This document shows positions 62,275-64,000 of a DNA stretch of 64,000 nt, one piece after another. This DNA is from Ostrea edulis (Eukaryota). The position numbers and the translations under genes are program-made. Within the stretch, counting starts at the first letter, position 1. Every line of letters starts with the position of its first letter. Location of the stretch: assembly GCF_947568905.1 (NCBI RefSeq), contig NC_079172.1:65410001-65474000 (forward strand), given 5' to 3'. The notes beneath the pieces were generated by a model. That model did no database searches. It was given only the letters and a program-made list of their open reading frames with translations, and was not told the origin of the DNA.

Positions 62275-62576
62275 GTAGGAACGGTCCATTCTTATTAGAG
62301 CTAAGTCTGTATTCAGTCTTGATTGTCATTCTCTGGCAGGTTGGATCGGTCCATTCTTATAAGAGCTAAGTCTGTATGATTATTCTGCTTTCTATAAAAC
62401 TCTGGGTGATCAGGAGACTTCAGAACACTTCAGAAAGATTGTCAGTAATTTATATATGGTGTAATGTTTTTGTTGTGGTATACTTTGTGATGATTTAGTT
62501 GTAACACACTTTATGATGATTTATCTGTAGTGCATTTTATGATATTAGCTATAATACATTTTGTGATATTTTTTAG

Positions 62577-62728
62577 CTATGAAGTTAATGACAGCCTTGG
62601 TAGATGTAGCTTTGAATCTCAGTATAAACTTAGACAACACACAGAGGCAGTACGAAGCTGAGAGACAGAAACAACAGCCAAAGAGGGCCAATGATCGCCT
62701 GGAGATGTTGTTACAGCGTAGACAGGAG
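62577..62728 (+). CDS. STAG1: STAG coding exon 6 ([32 protein letters not shown]...[11 protein letters not shown])
   Basis: [14 protein letters not shown]...[11 protein letters not shown] motif; TTTTAG acceptor, GAG|GTAAGT donor. Confidence 0.97.
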
Positions 62729-63134
62729 GTAAGTGGAACAGCCAAAGAGGGTCAATGATCGCCTGGAGATGTTGTTACAGCGTAGGCAGGAGATAAGTGG
62801 AACAGTCATTGATCTCCAGAAAACTGACATGAGTCAGGAAAAAGAAGAGAAAAATAAGGAATTTATTGAACAAAATCTTCCAAATGTTATAATTTACTTT
62901 TAATGATTTTTCCCAATTTGAGGGAAAATGTCGCTATTTTTCCTCAATTCAAAAGGAGGGGTGCTTGTTCAAAAATGAAATCACGGTCTATCCATGTTTC
63001 AATACTGACTGATACAATGTCATGAAAATAAGTATAGGCTGAAAGGAGTGGGTTTATTTTAAAACAGCATTAAACTGAAGAAAATTCCTATTGTCTTTTC
63101 TCGCTAATAAGTCTTATGATTTGTTTTGTTTTAG

Positions 63135-63208
63135 TTGGAAGAAAACCAAGCTGAAATCCGAAATATGTTAACGTACATCTTCAAAGGAGTCTTTGTGCAC
63201 AGATACAG
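63135..63208 (+). CDS. STAG1: STAG coding exon 7 (LEENQAEIRNMLTYIFKGVFVHRYR)
   Basis: IFKG.FVHRYRD stromalin conserved domain; TTTTAG acceptor, AG|GTAAGA donor. Confidence 0.96.
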
Positions 63209-63396
63209 GTAAGATTTTCTTTAAAATCATCCGCACTAATGACTTCACGTTTCGATGAACTTCTCTGATCAAAGTTTTAGACTGCTGCATTCCAGGCAAG
63301 GGAACTTGACTTGAATTATTCCTGTAGAAATCCTCTTGACAAAGTCCTGGATTTTGGATCTAAATTTTTTCGCTTAGCATGTCTTTCTTTCTGTAG

Positions 63397-63520
63397 AGAC
63401 ACACAGCCGGAGATTCGGTCGATCTGTATGTCGGAGATTGGAGTCTGGATGAAAAAGTATCCAAACATGTTCCTCGATGACGGATATCTTAAATACGTAG
63501 GATGGACTCTCTACGACAAG
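63397..63520 (+). CDS. STAG1: STAG coding exon 8 (DTQPEIRSICMSEIGVWMKKYPNMFLDDGYLKYVGWTLYDK); gene continues beyond window
   Basis: EIR.IC..EIGVWMK.Y...FL.D.YLKYVGWTL motif; TTCTGTAG acceptor, AAG|GTAGAT donor. The 8 exons total 1044 nt, in frame. Confidence 0.96.
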
Positions 63521-64000
63521 GTAGATAACTCTTGATTTCTTTTATGTTAGTTTCTGGAGTCGTATTCATAAAAATTCTAAGAATTTTCTTAAGTATATAC
63601 TTAAATTTCTTAAGTATATACTTAGCTAAGTAAGATTCTTAAGTTCCGTTGCATAAAACCTCTAAGCAACATGCTTAGTTGTTTTTAGCTAAGTACATCG
63701 CAATATGCTTAAGTTTATCGTTGCTATGTCAAACGTCATTTCCGCTTTCACTTTACCGTAAACACAGATTGCATGGAGTTGAACATTTTCTTGATAAGTC
63801 TCTCTTGTATCGCTAATAAATGATGGAATACTATAATTTTTTGTGTTATGCAAGGTTAATAAAATAAATAGACCAAAAATCAAATGTCGTTTTATATGAC
63901 GTTATCTCCGATTTTATCGTCTGCATCTGCATTGATCCTTGAAAATATGGCAGAAAGAGAAGGTGTTGAGAGTCAGTCATTACAGACAACTAAGAAAAGA

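Overview
Eukaryotic, AT-rich, repeat-dense genomic DNA. It is most likely from a bivalve mollusc, probably an oyster; this is inferred from a molluscan-type myosin essential light chain, a Meta-core SINE and HINE/Helentron-like elements. I reconstructed four spliced genes by hand with GT-AG junctions and consistent exon phases. (1) A DBS/MCF2L-like SEC14-spectrin RhoGEF on the minus strand: 9 coding exons, 24379 to 7121, 482 codons, 3' part not found in the window. (2) TCTEX1D2/DYNLT2B on the plus strand: 5 exons, 27751-37573, 128 aa, head-to-head with gene 1. (3) A myosin essential light chain: plus strand, 5 exons, 40054-44721, 162 aa. (4) Cohesin subunit SA/STAG: plus strand, 8 coding exons from 59108, continuing past the window. 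Introns and spacers carry two LINE relics, Tc1 and Penelope fragments, a tRNA-LTR TRIM, several MITE families and about 25 minisatellites. The most striking pattern is that at least 11 exon-intron junctions across all four genes have been tandemly copied into the adjacent intron (2 to 26 copies of the splice site, often with a piece of exon). Decoy sites either lost the AG/GT or would give a premature stop or frameshift. One exception is a weak GC decoy that would add 10 aa. Most long ORFs in the supplied track are repeat artefacts.
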